Assembly: GCA_963717335.1 (NCBI GenBank)
Contig: CAVQVZ010000009.1
Location: 7,063 to 71,062, forward strand
Length of the DNA: 64,000 nt
Source of the DNA: an uncultured Gammaproteobacteria bacterium
Lineage (GTDB): Bacteria; Pseudomonadota; Gammaproteobacteria; Steroidobacterales; Steroidobacteraceae
Direction: 5' to 3'
A model generated the notes under the pieces. It was given only the letters and a program-made list of their open reading frames with translations. It made no database searches and was not told the origin of the DNA. A program made the position numbers and the translations under genes. This document shows, piece by piece, positions 61,025 through 64,000 of the stretch (its first letter is position 1; each line of letters opens with the position of its first letter).

Positions 61025-62038
61025 GTGAACGACGCGCCGCCCTCACAGATCGCCGTGCTGGGCGCGGGCTCGTGGGGCACGGCGCTCGCCATTCAGCTGG
61101 CGCGTGCCGGTCACCTGGTGCGGCTGTGGGGACGCGCACAGTCGCACCGCGAGGCGATGCAACAGGCGCGCGTCAACCAGCGCTACCTCCCGCAGGCCGC
61201 GTTCCCCGATAACCTTAAGGTGGCCTCCGACCTCAAGGGGGCGCTCGAGGGCGCGGAGGACGTGCTGATCGCCGTGCCCAGCCATGCGTTTCGTGAACTG
61301 CTGAGCGCGATCCGGGACCTTCTCACCGCGGGCCAGCGTTTGTGCTGGGCCACCAAGGGATTTGAGATCAGCAGCGGGCGCCTTCCGGACGAGGTCGCCC
61401 GGGAAGTGCTGGGAACCGGTCGATTGACCGCCGTGCTCTCGGGGCCGACCTTCGCACGTGAGGTCGGCGCGGGACTTCCTACCGCCATGACCATCGCCTC
61501 ACGCGATGCGGACTACGCCGAGCAGCTCGCGCATGACTTCTCCACGCCCGCCTTTCGCGCCTATACCAACACCGACATCGTCGGCGTGGAGGTGGGCGGA
61601 GCGGTCAAGAACGTGCTGGCCATCGGTGCCGGGCTGTCCGACGGCCTGGGGTTTGGGGCGAACTCGCGCATCGCGCTCATCACGCGCGGCCTGGTCGAGA
61701 TGACACGCTTAGGGGTGACCTTAGGCGCACGGCGCGAAACCTTTATGGGTCTGGCCGGATTGGGGGATCTGGTGCTCACCTGCACCGACGATCAGTCGCG
61801 CAACCGGCGCTTTGGGCTGCTGCTGGCGCAGGGGCGCGGGAAGGAAGCGGCGCTCTCTGAGATCGGCCAGATCGTTGAGGGCTACGGCGCGGCGCAGGCC
61901 TTGCACCAGGTCGCGCAACGCGAGCGGGTCACGATGCCCATCTGCGCCGGCATCTACGCGGTGCTCTACTCGGGCTTGCCCGCCGATGAGGTGGTGCGCG
62001 GGCTGATGATGCGGCCGATCCGGCCTGAATTCGACTGA
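61025..62038 (+). CDS. gpsA: NAD(P)H-dependent glycerol-3-phosphate dehydrogenase
   Basis: Putative GTG start. IAVLGAGSWGTALA Rossmann motif; ...GVEVGGAVKNVLAIGAG... Confidence 0.9.
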   Translation: MNDAPPSQIAVLGAGSWGTALAIQLARAGHLVRLWGRAQSHREAMQQARVNQRYLPQAAFPDNLKVASDLKGALEGAEDVLIAVPSHAFRELLSAIRDLLTAGQRLCWATKGFEISSGRLPDEVAREVLGTGRLTAVLSGPTFAREVGAGLPTAMTIASRDADYAEQLAHDFSTPAFRAYTNTDIVGVEVGGAVKNVLAIGAGLSDGLGFGANSRIALITRGLVEMTRLGVTLGARRETFMGLAGLGDLVLTCTDDQSRNRRFGLLLAQGRGKEAALSEIGQIVEGYGAAQALHQVAQRERVTMPICAGIYAVLYSGLPADEVVRGLMMRPIRPEFD

Positions 62039-62048
62039 CACCGGCGCC

Positions 62049-62504
62049 TCAGGCGAACCCCAGCTGGCGCCAGGCCTCATAGACCACCAGGGCCACCGCG
62101 TTGGACAGGTTGAGGCTCCGGTTTCCAGGCCGCATCGGAATACTCAGCACATTCTCCCGGGCCATTCCCTGCAGCACTTCCTGCGGGAGTCCGCGCGTCT
62201 CCTGGCCGAACAACAGGGCATCGCCGCGCCGAAACTGCGCGGCGCTGTAGGGCCGGGTACCGGCGGTTTCCACCGCGTAGAGCGTCGCCCCGCGCAGGGC
62301 CGCGAGGCAGGACTCGAGATCCCGGTGGACGTGGACCGCGGCGAGGTCGGCGTAGTCGAGCCCTGCCCGGCGCAGCTCGCGCTGTTCGAGGTTGAACCCG
62401 AGCGGCTCGATCAGATGCAATCGCGAGCCGCTGTTGGCGCACAGCCGGATGATGTTGCCGGTATTCGGCGGGATTTCCGGCTGGTACAGAATGACCTCAA
62501 ACAT
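62049..62504 (-). CDS. trmL: tRNA (cytidine/uridine-2'-O-)-methyltransferase TrmL (SpoU family)
   Basis: ORF 62049..62513 trimmed to MFEVILYQPEIPPNTGNIIRLCANSG...; ...SLNLSNAVALVVYEAWRQ... Confidence 0.88.
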   Translation of the reverse strand: MFEVILYQPEIPPNTGNIIRLCANSGSRLHLIEPLGFNLEQRELRRAGLDYADLAAVHVHRDLESCLAALRGATLYAVETAGTRPYSAAQFRRGDALLFGQETRGLPQEVLQGMARENVLSIPMRPGNRSLNLSNAVALVVYEAWRQLGFA

Positions 62505-62533
62505 GGCCCACATTCAGGCGATAATTGGCGCCC

Positions 62534-63505
62534 ATGAGTGCCGTGCCCACCGCCTCACCCAGCGCGCCCCCGGGCTCGCTCCCCGTCTCCCTTGCGACGC
62601 GCTTTTGCGGGCTGGAGCTCGCCTCGCCCATCGTGTTGCTGTCCGGGTGCGTCGGATTCGGGGAGGAGTACACACGGGTGGCGGGATTCTCGAACCGGGA
62701 CGTGGGTGCGGTGGTGCTCAAGGGCACGACCGGCGTGGCGCGCGCCGGCAACCCGCCCCATCGCCTGGCCGAGACGCCCGAGGGCATGCTCAATGCCATC
62801 GGGCTGCAAAATCCTGGGGCCGAGCACGTGGTGCGCTCCATCCTGCCGTCGCTCGATTTCGGCGAAACCCGTTTCTTCGCCAACGTCTGCGGCTCGACGA
62901 TCGAGGAGTACGTGGAGGTCACCCGCCGCTTCGATGACTCGCCCATTGACGCGATCGAGATCAACATTTCCTGCCCCAACATCAAGGAAGGCGGAGTGCA
63001 GTTCGGCAATGTACCGGAGATGTCGGCGCGCGTGGTGGCGGCCTGCCGCGCGGTCACGCGAAAGCCCCTGATCACCAAGCTCTCGCCCAACCAGACCGAC
63101 ATCCGCGAGAACGCACGCCGCTGCATCGAGGCCGGCACCGATGCGTTCGCCGCGATCAACACCGTGACCGGCATGGCGATTGATTCGCGCACGCGCCGCG
63201 CCGTGCTGGGGAACATCCAGGGAGGACTTTCCGGACCCGCGATCAAGCCCATCGCGCTGCTCAAGGTCCGAGAGGTCTACGAGGTGGCAAGGCCCCACAA
63301 CGTTCCGATCATCGGCCAGGGCGGAATCGCCAACGCCACCGACGCGATCGAGTTCCTGATCGCCGGCGCCAGCCTCATTGGCGTGGGCACCGCGCTCTTT
63401 TACGAGCCACTGATCTGTCCGCAGATCAATTCGGGCATCGCCGCCTACCTTCGCGAGGCGCGGCTGGACAACGTGCAGCAACTGGTCGGCACACTGCAGG
63501 GGTAG
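62534..63505 (+). CDS. pyrD: dihydroorotate dehydrogenase, class 1 type (Cys active site)
   Basis: ATG 62534; ...GAVVLKGTT...GMLNAIGLQNPG...IEINISCPNIK...GGLSGPAIKPIAL... Confidence 0.85.
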   Translation: MSAVPTASPSAPPGSLPVSLATRFCGLELASPIVLLSGCVGFGEEYTRVAGFSNRDVGAVVLKGTTGVARAGNPPHRLAETPEGMLNAIGLQNPGAEHVVRSILPSLDFGETRFFANVCGSTIEEYVEVTRRFDDSPIDAIEINISCPNIKEGGVQFGNVPEMSARVVAACRAVTRKPLITKLSPNQTDIRENARRCIEAGTDAFAAINTVTGMAIDSRTRRAVLGNIQGGLSGPAIKPIALLKVREVYEVARPHNVPIIGQGGIANATDAIEFLIAGASLIGVGTALFYEPLICPQINSGIAAYLREARLDNVQQLVGTLQG

Positions 63506-63512
63506 AAGAACC

Positions 63513-63860
63513 ATGAACATGACCGAAGAACTCGAGCGCCTCCAGGCCTTGCGCGAACGCGGCGCGATCAGCGAGAGCGAGTTCGCGCAGGCCAAGGCGC
63601 GCGCACTCGGGGGCGGAACGAACGCCACCGCGCCCGTCCATGACACGTTCCTGCACCGCCTGAGCCTGTCGACGACCGATAAGGTGATCGGTGGGGTCTG
63701 TGGCGGGCTGGGCGCGCACACCGGATTGCCGTCCTGGGCGTGGCGCGTCATCTTCTGCGTGAGCGTCTTCTATTTCGGCATCGGATTGCTGTTCTACGTG
63801 CTGCTGTGGATCTTCATTCCCGCAGGTGCCCCGCCACCGACGCTTCCGAAGACGGGCTAG
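63513..63860 (+). CDS. PspC-domain membrane protein with N-terminal SHOCT-like helix
   Basis: 115-aa ORF; ...LERLQALRERGAISESEFAQAKA... then ...KVIGGVCGGLGAHTGLPSWAWRVIF... Confidence 0.7.
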   Translation: MNMTEELERLQALRERGAISESEFAQAKARALGGGTNATAPVHDTFLHRLSLSTTDKVIGGVCGGLGAHTGLPSWAWRVIFCVSVFYFGIGLLFYVLLWIFIPAGAPPPTLPKTG

Positions 63861-63867
63861 CTCACGG

Positions 63868-64000
63868 GTGTCACAGCTCGATTTGCTGCGCTTCCTGTCG
63901 CTGGCCGCGATATGGGGCTCCTCCTACATGTACATGCGCATCGCCGTGCCGGGCTTTGGCCCCTTCGCGCTGGTGCTGCTGCGCCTGGGCGGCGCGACGC
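63868..64000 (+). CDS. DMT/EamA family transporter, 5' fragment (runs off window)
   Basis: GTG 63868; VSQLDLLRFLSLAAIWGSSYMYMRIAVPGFGPFALVLLRLGGAT... Confidence 0.55.
   Translation, partial: MSQLDLLRFLSLAAIWGSSYMYMRIAVPGFGPFALVLLRLGGAT

Overview
High-GC proteobacterial chromosome segment in three parts. (1) 1-2825: remnant of a lipid-type cluster (chalcone-isomerase-like, MFS, DUF3833, SDR). Its reading frames are repeatedly broken and the SDR gene is cut off at about 2825. (2) 2826-35422: a visibly more AT-rich accessory tract of about 60 short, almost exclusively minus-strand ORFs, which I interpret as a sedentary chromosomal integron. It has an intact integron integrase (intI, 34460-35422, +), an attI core at about 34303-34308, and 33 attC-type imperfect palindromes (17610-33859) of at least four sequence families delimiting about 32 cassettes. 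The distal 2.8-17.6 kb keeps the cassette-like gene layout but has only decayed attC remnants. The cargo is mostly small membrane or secreted proteins of unknown function, plus GNAT, cupin, MAPEG, YCII, HIT, SnoaL-like, GST, methyltransferase and thioesterase proteins, one RelE/ParE-type toxin-antitoxin cassette, and one PD-(D/E)xK-like orphan. (3) 35449-64000: core genes in gammaproteobacterial-type order. These are glmS-glmU-atpCDGAHFEBI-parBA-rsmG (minus strand), then an S9-like protein, cytochrome c4, dtd, tatABC, an OPT transporter, SRPBCC, DedA, GGDEF-EAL, an EnvC-like M23 protein, rhodanese-grxC-secB-gpsA, trmL, pyrD, a PspC-domain protein and an EamA start. As sequenced, glmS (1) and glmU (3) carry frame breaks; these need read-level checking. 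No rRNA, tRNA, CRISPR array or transposase gene was recognised. All product calls come from motif recognition by eye; no searches were run.
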